Virus record (IMG/VR): IMGVR_UViG_3300027851_001140
Coordinates: 30,857 to 94,856 of that record
DNA from: a virus
Strand: one strand, 5' to 3'
DNA: 64,000 nt
Each line of letters starts with the position of its first letter. Position 1 is the first letter of the stretch. Below the pieces are notes generated by a model. The model saw only the letters and a program-made list of their open reading frames with translations. It was not told where the DNA came from and did not search any database. Shown here one piece after another: positions 36,905 to 45,600 of the stretch. A program made the position numbers and the translations under genes.

Positions 36905-37585
36905 CAGAAAAGCCCTTCCCAGATTCCTCGAAGGTAATCCTTGTACCGTATCTTGTTTCCGGACAAATGGTCGGTAACTATGCCGTCTTGCTGACGGACT
37001 GTACGTATCTTGTCGCCTCGCATACCGCTACCTACTTGATCTTTACGGGTCTTATCTCGTGCAGCGGTAGATTCCCTAAGACGATGCTCTTGAATCCTCG
37101 CAGCCAGAATCCTAAGAGCTAGCTCTCTATTTTGGTGTTGAGATCTCTCATTTTCTACTCGAACACGAATTCCAGTAGGAATATGAGTCATCTGAACGGC
37201 AGATTCAGTCTTGTTGCGGTGTTGTCCGCCTGCGCCTGAACCACGACAGGTGGACCATTCCACATCTTTCTCTGATATTGAAAAGGAAGAGTGTGAAGGT
37301 TCTTCAAGGACAGCAACGGTTACCGTTGAAGTCTGCACTCTACCGCGCTTTTCGGTCGGAGGTATGCGCTGAAACCTGTGTCCTCCAGATTCTTTAGAGA
37401 ATATCCTCTTAGCATCCTTGCCTTGCGCCTGAAATGCTACGAATCCGTCAGATTCTTCAATTAAAGCGTACTCAAAGACCCCTCCGGGTCATGAGGTTGA
37501 CGTAGATCTGAAGCTGGTCCTTGACCAAAAGTTTGGCGTCCTGTCCGCCTTCACCCGCTCTAATTTCCACTATGACGCTTTCCAT
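36904..37585 (-). CDS. Class I peptide chain release factor, RF1-like, lacking domain 1; 226 aa via +1 frameshift at codon 37
   Basis: Frame 0 MESVIVEIRAGEGGQDAKLLV...TRRGL-stop with GAGG RBS; +1 frame EYALIE...ESGGHRFQRIPPTEKRGRVQTSTVTVAV...GSGAGGQHRNKTESAV...ERSQHQNR. Confidence 0.92.
37471..37486 (-). promoter_or_regulatory. RF2-type programmed +1 frameshift cassette
   Basis: Minus strand CGG AGG GGT CTT TGA G: internal SD GGAGG, 3-nt spacer, CTT-TGA; joins two halves of one release factor. Confidence 0.9.
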
Positions 37586-37592
37586 GGTTTCC

Positions 37593-37934
37593 TCAATTCA
37601 TAAAACGAGACAGATTTACTGTCCCAGATATGTGTAAGTCAGGTAGAGTAAATAGGAGTACCCCAGGATCTCTCACCCCCAGATACGGGGAGGTCATTTC
37701 AAGTAAATGAGATCGGTACTCATCAGAAAGGGTATATCCCAGGGGGACTATAAGAGACCCCTTGTAGTCAAGGCTTCCAAGCCACTCTCCTACCTGATGA
37801 AGGTACTCGTCATCATCCACTGCCTCCGATTCCTTTACATACTTGAAGTAGGAGCAGGAGGGATGCCTCTCTCCATTTACTCCACCACAGCACAAACAAA
37901 TGAAATCAAAGTCTGACTCTTCCACCAGAGTCAC
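37593..37934 (-). CDS. Hypothetical protein
   Basis: 113 aa with C..CGG...H..C; ends at the RBS of the release factor gene. Confidence 0.55.
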   Translation of the reverse strand: MTLVEESDFDFICLCCGGVNGERHPSCSYFKYVKESEAVDDDEYLHQVGEWLGSLDYKGSLIVPLGYTLSDEYRSHLLEMTSPYLGVRDPGVLLFTLPDLHISGTVNLSRFMN

Positions 37935-38037
37935 ATAAAAGAAGAAAGATATAAGACTATTTCAGATTGCGGTCGTAAAGAGGTTCCAGTTCTTATAGCG
38001 ACCTAACACAAGACCCTGTCTCGGTACCCAAACCGAG

Positions 38038-38069
38038 AAAAGAGTCACTCATTAGTGAGTGACTCTTTT
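38038..38069. terminator. Perfect inverted repeat terminator
   Basis: AAAAGAGTCACTCA-TTAG-TGAGTGACTCTTTT directly after the stop of 38068-38343. Confidence 0.75.
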
Positions 38070-38343
38070 ATTCTTTTTCTTTTACCTCTCCACGAAGGTG
38101 ACTTACGATCTGATAGACGTCGGACACCCACTGAGGGGTGCGTCTGGTGAAAAGGTTCTTGTAGACGCTTCTCTTGGTTCTTCTGCACGTATCTAGCTGG
38201 GCTTCTGTGAGGACACAAGAGGCAGAGGACCCCTTCCTGATAACGTCTAGGCTAAGAACTATATGGTGGGAAAACAGTTCCCTAAGGCCAAAGAACGACA
38301 ACTGTACTCCGCTTTGGGGAGATCTAACAAACTCGTAAGGCAT
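38068..38343 (-). CDS. Hypothetical protein
   Basis: GGAG RBS, followed by a terminator. Confidence 0.65.
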   Translation of the reverse strand: MPYEFVRSPQSGVQLSFFGLRELFSHHIVLSLDVIRKGSSASCVLTEAQLDTCRRTKRSVYKNLFTRRTPQWVSDVYQIVSHLRGEVKEKE

Positions 38344-38414
38344 AATGACTCCGTCGGGTTAGGACTTATGCACTTTAAATAAGGTCTATCTCCGACAGAC
38401 TAACTTTTTAAGTA

Positions 38415-38445
38415 TTGACACCTGTATTACAGTGATTTCTATACT
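38415..38445 (+). promoter_or_regulatory. Sigma70-like promoter of the hsp20 gene
   Basis: TTGACA-N19-TATACT followed by an AGGAGG RBS; the spacer is longer than optimal. Confidence 0.5.
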
Positions 38446-38466
38446 CACATAGGAGGTAGAACACAG

Positions 38467-38814
38467 ATGTACCCTACACTGTCTTCACTTTTTAGAGAGG
38501 CCCCTCCGGTAGATGTGTACGATACCGAAGAGGGAAGGTTTGTCGAAATGGAAATGGCTGGGCTCAAGTCAGAGCATGTGCAAATCGAAGTAGAAGGAAG
38601 TACCCTTTTGGTTCGAACCGCCCCTCCAGCCACAAAAGAACGAGTCTACCTACACAGAGAACGGCTGACTCCAGATTATTCCGACAGGAGAATAAAGCTT
38701 CCTGCATCCGTAGACACTGAAAAGATCGAAGCCACCATGGCGGATGGTCTTTTAACCATTCGTCTTCCGCTACGAAGCAAGCCTTCTCCCATACCTATCA
38801 GAGTAAACGGATGA
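38467..38814 (+). CDS. Small heat shock protein (Hsp20/alpha-crystallin)
   Basis: PPVDVYDT...EMAGL...RRIKLPASVD.EKIEATMADGLLTIRLP...IPI. Confidence 0.92.
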   Translation: MYPTLSSLFREAPPVDVYDTEEGRFVEMEMAGLKSEHVQIEVEGSTLLVRTAPPATKERVYLHRERLTPDYSDRRIKLPASVDTEKIEATMADGLLTIRLPLRSKPSPIPIRVNG

Positions 38815-38815
38815 A

Positions 38816-38850
38816 AAAATCCCCTAGTAGGAACTCTACTAGGGGATTTT
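38816..38850. terminator. Bidirectional terminator between convergent genes
   Basis: AAAATCCCCTAGTAG-GAACT-CTACTAGGGGATTTT. Confidence 0.85.
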
Positions 38851-38885
38851 CATTGTTCCACTCCGTTGTTCCAGCCAAGGAACAG

Positions 38886-39050
38886 TCACTCAACTCCGCG
38901 ACAGTTATCAGCACGAGTGTAAGTGAATGAACTGAGGGACCACTGACCATCTTCTTCCACCTTCAAGAAGTAGACTACCGCAGGTTCAATAATTTGGGGT
39001 ACCGTATCGAATTCGGATGTCCAACAACTTGGAATAAGAACCGTACCCAT
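38886..39050 (-). CDS. Small hypothetical protein (54 aa)
   Basis: ATG 39050 lies 4 nt after the stop of the upstream gene; the longer track ORF would overlap that gene. Confidence 0.45.
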   Translation of the reverse strand: MGTVLIPSCWTSEFDTVPQIIEPAVVYFLKVEEDGQWSLSSFTYTRADNCRGVE

Positions 39051-39054
39051 TTCA

Positions 39055-39339
39055 TCAGTATTCTTCATCTTCTTCTTCCTCGTCTTCCTCTGCGTAGGAA
39101 TCCCAGGGAGATTCCATTTCGTCCTCTTCGTCGTCCAATTCTCCTCCAAGATACTCTTCCTTTAGAAAATGAAGAAGCCCTCTTAGCAATGGAAGGTCTT
39201 CCCGAGTGTCTTCTCCAGAGTATTCGATGTCAGACAGAATCTCTTCCTCATAGGAGGTCAGGCTACGAATCAACTTCTTTAGTTGGTCAGGAGTTTGATC
39301 CTCTAGATGAATAAATTCGTTGTTTGTTCTCTTTCCCAT
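39055..39339 (-). CDS. Highly acidic small protein
   Basis: AAGG RBS; Asp/Glu-rich C-terminus; upstream TGTACACT motif. Confidence 0.7.
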   Translation of the reverse strand: MGKRTNNEFIHLEDQTPDQLKKLIRSLTSYEEEILSDIEYSGEDTREDLPLLRGLLHFLKEEYLGGELDDEEDEMESPWDSYAEEDEEEEDEEY

Positions 39340-39729
39340 GGCAACCTTCTTGAAGTGGTCCTACTCTTAGTGTACAAGATAGGGAAGAGAAATTAGTATT
39401 CGAATGGGAGTAAGAAATTTTCTACAGGCGGGGAAGTAGAAGAGGGAAGAATGAGAGTGGAGGCGGGAGTAAAGAATGTTCCAGTGTCTAGGTTGCCCCG
39501 CTCCCCGCTAGTAGCTGAGCGAGGAGTGCCGGGACTGGTTAACAGTAAATGGATAATTACTTTAATTAGGAGGACCCCGGCCTGGGCCGGGGTCCGAAGC
39601 AGTAACAACGAAGTGTTAATGGTTTACAGTGTTAAACCAGAAATTGATTGTAAAATCTTACATAGCCTTGGTATCATTGAGTTTTTAGATGATTGAAGGC
39701 CCATATTGTTTCATGAAAGGCCCACTATA

Positions 39730-40551
39730 ATGGTCAAGAAGTCACTCAAAGTAGTCAATACCCCAGCAAAAGAAGTAAGATGCCACGTCCATAAGGAAAA
39801 AGTAGTAAGAGACTGCAGGCTTAAGGAGTGCGTATTTTTTACTTCGTATCCTCATGTTCATAATTGTATACTGGTCTACATGGCTAAGCAGGATCTGGAG
39901 TCTCTTAAGCCAATAGACATCGGAATGCTGAAGGGCATTCCGGCCTCCAGGGTGGCGAGAGATCTGTCTAGGGCTACTACTCTTATGAGAAACGGAACAC
40001 TAGAGGTGTCCAATCAAACAGAGGTTGAGCCTAAATTTGATACAATCATGGGAGTCTCTGCTTGTTACTGCTGCGAGACGCCAATCACTTCGAAAAACAG
40101 AAGGTCTTCTGTAGAAGTGAAGGTATCCAAGGGAGATGCAGAGAAAGTTCTCTACTGCTCACAGGAATGTGCTGATGCGCATCCTCCTCAATATGTAGCA
40201 GCAGAACGAAAGTGCAGGTCCGACATCAAGACTATTGTAGAGTGGGCTACCAAAAAATACTCCACGTTAGGTGGACTGGAACAAGCACTAAACATGAATC
40301 GAAATCTTCTTGGGTATACCTTGAAGTCGTTGCTAGGAGTAGACGCTGACGAACTTTATTCTACGACACAACGAGTAAAGACACGTAGTAGGTCTTTAGT
40401 GAGGAGAACGGGGTCCAGACCGGAGTGGTTGGGCACATTCTCTGACACTCTGAAACCTTTGGTTGAAAAGATGGAGAAAGCGCACGGAAAGGTTACTCTA
40501 GATTTGAGCCACGTTTCCAACGAGGTTCAACGGGTGATTGACACCATATGA
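39730..40551 (+). CDS. Cys-rich protein with sigma-region-4-like HTH and TRASH-like Zn finger; putative transcription factor
   Basis: C...C....C.F...NCIL, then LKPIDIGMLKGIPASRVARDLSRATTLMR; CYCC...YCSQEC; start ATG 39730 with AAAGG RBS. Confidence 0.55.
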   Translation: MVKKSLKVVNTPAKEVRCHVHKEKVVRDCRLKECVFFTSYPHVHNCILVYMAKQDLESLKPIDIGMLKGIPASRVARDLSRATTLMRNGTLEVSNQTEVEPKFDTIMGVSACYCCETPITSKNRRSSVEVKVSKGDAEKVLYCSQECADAHPPQYVAAERKCRSDIKTIVEWATKKYSTLGGLEQALNMNRNLLGYTLKSLLGVDADELYSTTQRVKTRSRSLVRRTGSRPEWLGTFSDTLKPLVEKMEKAHGKVTLDLSHVSNEVQRVIDTI

Positions 40552-40657
40552 ATTTAGACTGCGTGGAAAAGAGCTTATCTAAATCTGCATTGGTATTAAC
40601 GGAGTTATTCCGTGGGCAGCTCAGTGCCACAATCTGAGACTAGGAGAGCTAACAAAA

Positions 40658-41482
40658 ATGCGTAACAGAGTAAACGCCAAGATTCTTGACCGTCTGGGAG
40701 AGAAGGTAGCAGAAAACAACCTTCCCCCACGTTCTGACATGCAGATTGTAGATGTGAGGGAAATAGACCCGCTCAAGTGCAACGTTCTTATTGCTTTTGA
40801 GAGGCACATGGGAGAGGCCCCTACTCTTTCTCAGCTGGAGCGTTTTGTTGCGGCCACTTTCCACAACAAGGTGGTAGCGCAGACTCAAACCGCTCAACTT
40901 CATGAGGCAGACGCGGCAATTAGTGTGTGCTTGACCATGAACGTAGACACTCGCCCCGTTACTGACGCCACCGTGATGCGCAGGATGACCGCATCCTCGT
41001 ATTTTGATGACTCTACAGGTCATGTGTGGCAGGTGGTAGACAACGGAATGTCTAAGCATCTTATCCGCAGAACTGATGAGAATATTGCGGACATCGTCAT
41101 GGCACGCATGGAAAGGTCTAGCCGAAAGTCGGCTTCCTTTGCTCGTGTTCGCCAAGCGGCTCCTATGCTTGCAGAAGGCGACACCGTTCGTTTTTATGAT
41201 GGTACCATGCCAATGGTAGGCAAGGTCACATCCCTTCGCGATACCGAGGTGACTGTGTCTGCCAATAGCAAGAGCTACACTGTGCCTCGCGAATCCGTGT
41301 TCAACGTCGTGGAGCGCTCACAGAGTGCTGTAGGAGACGACAAGAACTTGCTGGAGGATTACTGGTCCCGTGCCGTTGGCAATCCTGACTGGGCACGTAA
41401 GTTCACCCGAAAGCTCAATCGTGAAGAAGACTCCATGGCAGGTGACACGGGATGGAGCGGTACTGTAGGCGGAGAGAAGTGA
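40658..41482 (+). CDS. Putative head-module structural protein
   Basis: AGGAG RBS, first gene of the head operon, SH3-like C-terminal region. Confidence 0.6.
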   Translation: MRNRVNAKILDRLGEKVAENNLPPRSDMQIVDVREIDPLKCNVLIAFERHMGEAPTLSQLERFVAATFHNKVVAQTQTAQLHEADAAISVCLTMNVDTRPVTDATVMRRMTASSYFDDSTGHVWQVVDNGMSKHLIRRTDENIADIVMARMERSSRKSASFARVRQAAPMLAEGDTVRFYDGTMPMVGKVTSLRDTEVTVSANSKSYTVPRESVFNVVERSQSAVGDDKNLLEDYWSRAVGNPDWARKFTRKLNREEDSMAGDTGWSGTVGGEK

Positions 41483-41703
41483 AAAACCATCAGGCGTATC
41501 GATTAGTGCGTCTAGCCATACGTCTGAAGGATGTTCAAAACCTCCTAAATGAAGATATTTCGGTAGATTCTAACAATCATCCTGGAATACTTACTCAAAC
41601 TACAGGCGGACCTAACCTAAAGAAGAAAAAGCATCAGGTGCACCAACAAGAGGGCCCTAGAGGAATTGCTTCCGTAGAGGATTCCGATGACCAAACTGAC
41701 TAA
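41479..41703 (+). CDS. Small hypothetical head-module protein
   Basis: GTGA overlap with GGAG RBS; RLVRLAIRL motif. Confidence 0.5.
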   Translation: MKNHQAYRLVRLAIRLKDVQNLLNEDISVDSNNHPGILTQTTGGPNLKKKKHQVHQQEGPRGIASVEDSDDQTD

Positions 41704-42304
41704 CCCATTCCGAAATTTGTCACAACATCAACGTGACATGATTGAGGATGCGCATAAGGCGGGACACAGTCCTGAGCAAATAGGTATAGAGTTTGGGTTA
41801 GACTATGATGACGTTCGTTACTACGTTGAAAACTTCATAGTACCTCCACGTTCTCACTTTGAACGCCTTCAAGAGATTGTGAACGACCTAGAAGACCAAT
41901 GCGAAAAAACTAAACAATCTATTGAGGGAGGGGCCGACTCTCCCATGATGCTTCAGTCCTATCAAAAGCTAATGTCAGAGTATAGAATAGCACTGTCAGA
42001 GCTGATGGCCCTACAGAAGCCACAAGACGTAGTATCCGATCTTTTGGAGAAGTCCTTTAATCCATTTCTATTGGATCTGGTCAGGGCGTGTACAGAAGAG
42101 GCAAACAATCTAAAAGAAGAGATGTTGAAACTGGACGTGCCCTTTCGAGATGCACAGGGAATTTCTACAGAGATATTTAGAAGGCTGACAGACAGGATAG
42201 GAAGACTCATTCCTACGGCAAGAGAAAACTTGGACAGTTACTTTGGAGTCAAAAAAGACAAAGAGTCTAGGTCCATCAAACAACCAGAAAAAACACTTCA
42301 ATGA
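41687..42304 (+). CDS. Putative terminase small subunit
   Basis: N-terminal HTH (GHSPEQIGIEFGLDYDDVRYY) plus helical region, shortly upstream of terL. Confidence 0.45.
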   Translation: MTKLTNPFRNLSQHQRDMIEDAHKAGHSPEQIGIEFGLDYDDVRYYVENFIVPPRSHFERLQEIVNDLEDQCEKTKQSIEGGADSPMMLQSYQKLMSEYRIALSELMALQKPQDVVSDLLEKSFNPFLLDLVRACTEEANNLKEEMLKLDVPFRDAQGISTEIFRRLTDRIGRLIPTARENLDSYFGVKKDKESRSIKQPEKTLQ

Positions 42305-42627
42305 ACCCTGTACTGCAGCAAAGGCTCATACGTGTAGCTAGAATAGTAGACCGCGCCAAAAGATGGGAACGTCTTGCTTTTTTGGATGAGAAAGAAGCTG
42401 ATCGTTTCTTGCTTGAGTATGAGCTTAGAAACCCAGAAGAGGAAGAGGACAAGGAGGCGGGTATGGATGACGGTTCATACCCTGCAGGTCCTCGTTCCGA
42501 CAAGAATAAGTCTAGATACAAATTAGAACCGGGGCACGGTCAAGACTTATCTTCTCTTCTTCGCAGTACTGCGTCCACAAAAGTCTTGCATAGCTTACGT
42601 GCTCTAATAAAAAAGCACGATGAGTGA
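42301..42627 (+). CDS. Hypothetical head-module protein
   Basis: Coupled ORF; RLIRVARI motif. Confidence 0.6.
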   Translation: MNPVLQQRLIRVARIVDRAKRWERLAFLDEKEADRFLLEYELRNPEEEEDKEAGMDDGSYPAGPRSDKNKSRYKLEPGHGQDLSSLLRSTASTKVLHSLRALIKKHDE

Positions 42628-45600
42628 TAGAAGATCCAAAGTAGAAGAGGAAAACGCTCACCTATTTGATCTAAAGGGTTTAGTAGACCAGGTCATAGCT
42701 ACAGGTCTAGACCCCTCTGTATTCGATGTAGACCTAGAGGTTACCTTTGCCAACAACGTCATAGACTTTGCCGTAGGGCCAGAGTACATGAATATGACGT
42801 CTCTTTGGTCGAAGCAAGCAGAACAGGCAGTACGTCTATTTTCTGATTACTGCCCAGAGTGCAGCGATCCTGATTTCCTAGAAGACGTTCCTGTAGATGC
42901 CAGCATAGGAACCTTCAGATCCAAGGTGGTTCTCCTCAACCACGGAATATGCCCAGAGTGTAATAAAAACAGGAGAGAGTTGTTCGACAAACTCCCCTGG
43001 GAGCTTGTGTCATGTTTGGGTCAGCGTTCCGGAAAAACAGCTCTTACAGGTGGAGTAATCACCCCATATTATTTGCATCGCTTTCTTCAGTATAGAAATC
43101 CTGCAAGATTCTATGGACTAATGGCTAATTCATTTTTCGAAGTCACATTCGTAGCCGTTACAGCAGGACAGGTTAAAAGGGGTTTGTGGACTGCCTTTAA
43201 AGAGGCCATTAGCCAAAGTCCGTGGTTCACCGATTATTCCCTCAAGCTCCGCCAAGTAGAAAAAGAGAAAGGATTTGAGAGAGGAACCCTCTTCAAATCC
43301 ATGGATAGCTACATCTGGTTTGGAAACAAGCATGTTGGGTGCAGCTACGCTGCAGCCGACATGAAAAGCTTGAGAGGTTCTACTCGAATCTTTTGTGTCA
43401 CAGGAGACACTATCATCGCTACAGACCACGGGCTGATTCAAGCCAAAGATGTCAAGAACTCTCCAGGTATCAAATTCCTAACTAAGAGTGGCGAGTATAA
43501 GGCAGTTACAGCTTCCTTTGAGAGAGAAGCTGACGTTCTTCATATTCGTACTAACTGCGGGTACGAACTTTCTGGGAGCCATGACCACCCCGTGCTGGTG
43601 GCCAACAAGGATTCATCTTTGGTGTACAAGACCCTAGGAACTATGAACATTGGAGATGTAGTAGTATTGTCTAGGGCAAAGTCAGAGACACTCCACAGAG
43701 CGCGACTCCCAGAGGTTCCTAAGAATGGTCCCAGAGGCCACAACAACAGGAAATACATACCTCCAAAGGAGATGACTCCAGACCTTGCCTACCTTCTTGG
43801 GATTTTGGCTGCAGAGGGGTACCTTTCCAAAAGGGTAATTAGATGGCATACGTCGGACAAGGAGATACTTGACAAATCGGTGTCAGCCTTTGAGTCTGTA
43901 TTTGGGTCATCTCCTAAAATAAAGCCACATGGATCTCTTAAGGAAGGGTGGAGTCCTGGGTGGTACATAGAGGCTCAAAGTCCAATATTACACAAATTCC
44001 TATGTGAGGTAGGTCTAAGCGGAAAATCTGACACCAAGACTGTTCCTTGGTCCATACTCCAAAGTGATTCCTCCTGCACCTCTCAGTTTTTAGCTGGGTA
44101 TTTTGACGGTGACTCAAATGTGGAGTTCTATGCAGACTCCCCAAAAAAGTCCAAGGCCATAACGGTACACAGCAAGAGTGAGGATCTCCTAAAGAAGGTA
44201 CAGATACTACTTCTCAGCAAGGGTATAGTGTCACACAGGTCTTACTACTCAAGAAATACCAAGGGTAAACTAAGGAAGTACCACAAACTTCAGATATTTG
44301 GTAAAAACTATGCCGTGTTCCACAAGTCTGTCCGTTTGATAGACAGGAAACGTGGTATCTCCGTTCAAGAGGAATATGAAGATACAGACAAGTTGTATGT
44401 GGACCTGTCGATTCTTCGTACTGATTCTGTGAACACAAACTACGCACTATTCTACAAAAGAAATACACAGAACTGTGTGTACGCAACCACCCTCAGAGAC
44501 CACTTAGGTACCCTAAAGGAACAACTAGACCCTGGCATTTATGACAATTTGTCAAACATGCTTAGTGAAGATCTTTTTTTCGACCCTATACAAGAGATAG
44601 CATCCGAGCCGATACAGGCCGTGTTCGACTGGACTGTTGAACAGGAACACAACTTTGTTGGCAACGGAATAGTGCAGCACAACTGTGGAATTGACGAGTT
44701 GGGGTGGTTTAATGCTACCAAGGAGGCAGTTCGTGCAAATGCAGATGAGACTTATGCCGCCTTGTCTAACTCTTTGCGCACCGTGCGCTCTGCTAGTGAT
44801 AGACTGTGGAAACAGGGGGAATACCAGACCATGCCTGGTATTATGGCAAACATTTCCTCCCCAAGTTCTCAGTATGATAAAATGATGGCTCTCCTAAAAG
44901 AAGGCACCAGAGACAAGAGAAAGGTCTGCTTTCATCTGTCTTCATGGGAAGCCAGTCCGCTTATCACGCGAGATTCACTGGAGACCGAAGAACAGAACAA
45001 CCCTGTGGTTTTTTGGAGAGACTTCGGCGCAGTACCGCCCATAGCCGATTCTCCATTTATCGAGTCTACTGCCTCTATTTATGAGATGCGAACGAACAAC
45101 AAGCCTCTCGCTTCGTGGAAGCCCAAGTTCGTCAAAGATAAAGTAGACCCTACTAAAAACAGGTACATAACTGCTGAGTTACTAGGGAGTTTCAGTGACA
45201 ATCGTGTACGCATGATTCCTCGCGTCATCACTGTAGACTGTGGAGAAACTCAAAACAGCTTTGCTATAGGAGTGTATCACCTAGAACCTGCGTCAGGAGA
45301 AGAGGGAAACAGGTTTAATATTGTTACTGACGTCATCATAGAAGCAAAGCCAGAGAAGATAGCAGAAACAGGAGAGATTATACCAGTACACTTTCCTTCC
45401 ATGTTTCAAATAGTGAAGACGTTGTGCGATAAAAACAAGGGACTTCACATAAAAGCTGCTCTGTACGACAGGTGGCAGTCCACGGGTCAGATACAAGAGC
45501 TGAGGGAAATGAAGATAAGGGCAGAAAAGTACACTCCAAAGGATGCTGATTTTAAGTTATTGCGCAGCCTAGTATATAGCGGAAACTTTAAAACTCCGAA

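Noticed and set aside
36904-37585. Release factor as a pseudogene, or as evidence of stop-codon reassignment
   Set aside because: The break coincides exactly with an SD-N3-CTT-TGA cassette and both halves keep their motifs. All three stop codons end clear genes and coding density is high in the standard code. An assembly indel cannot be fully excluded without reads.
37935-38466. tRNA genes in the intergenic gaps
   Set aside because: No cloverleaf with a T-loop GTTCRA and acceptor stem found by eye; tRNAscan-SE would be decisive.
39393-39696. ORFs 39393-39608 (minus) and 39451-39696 (plus)
   Set aside because: They overlap each other, lack motifs and span a hairpin-rich region; not supported enough to call.
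40552-40586. ATTTAGA-N19-TCTAAAT inverted repeat as an operator or late promoter
   Set aside because: Only 7-bp arms and one partial echo near 28070; too little support.
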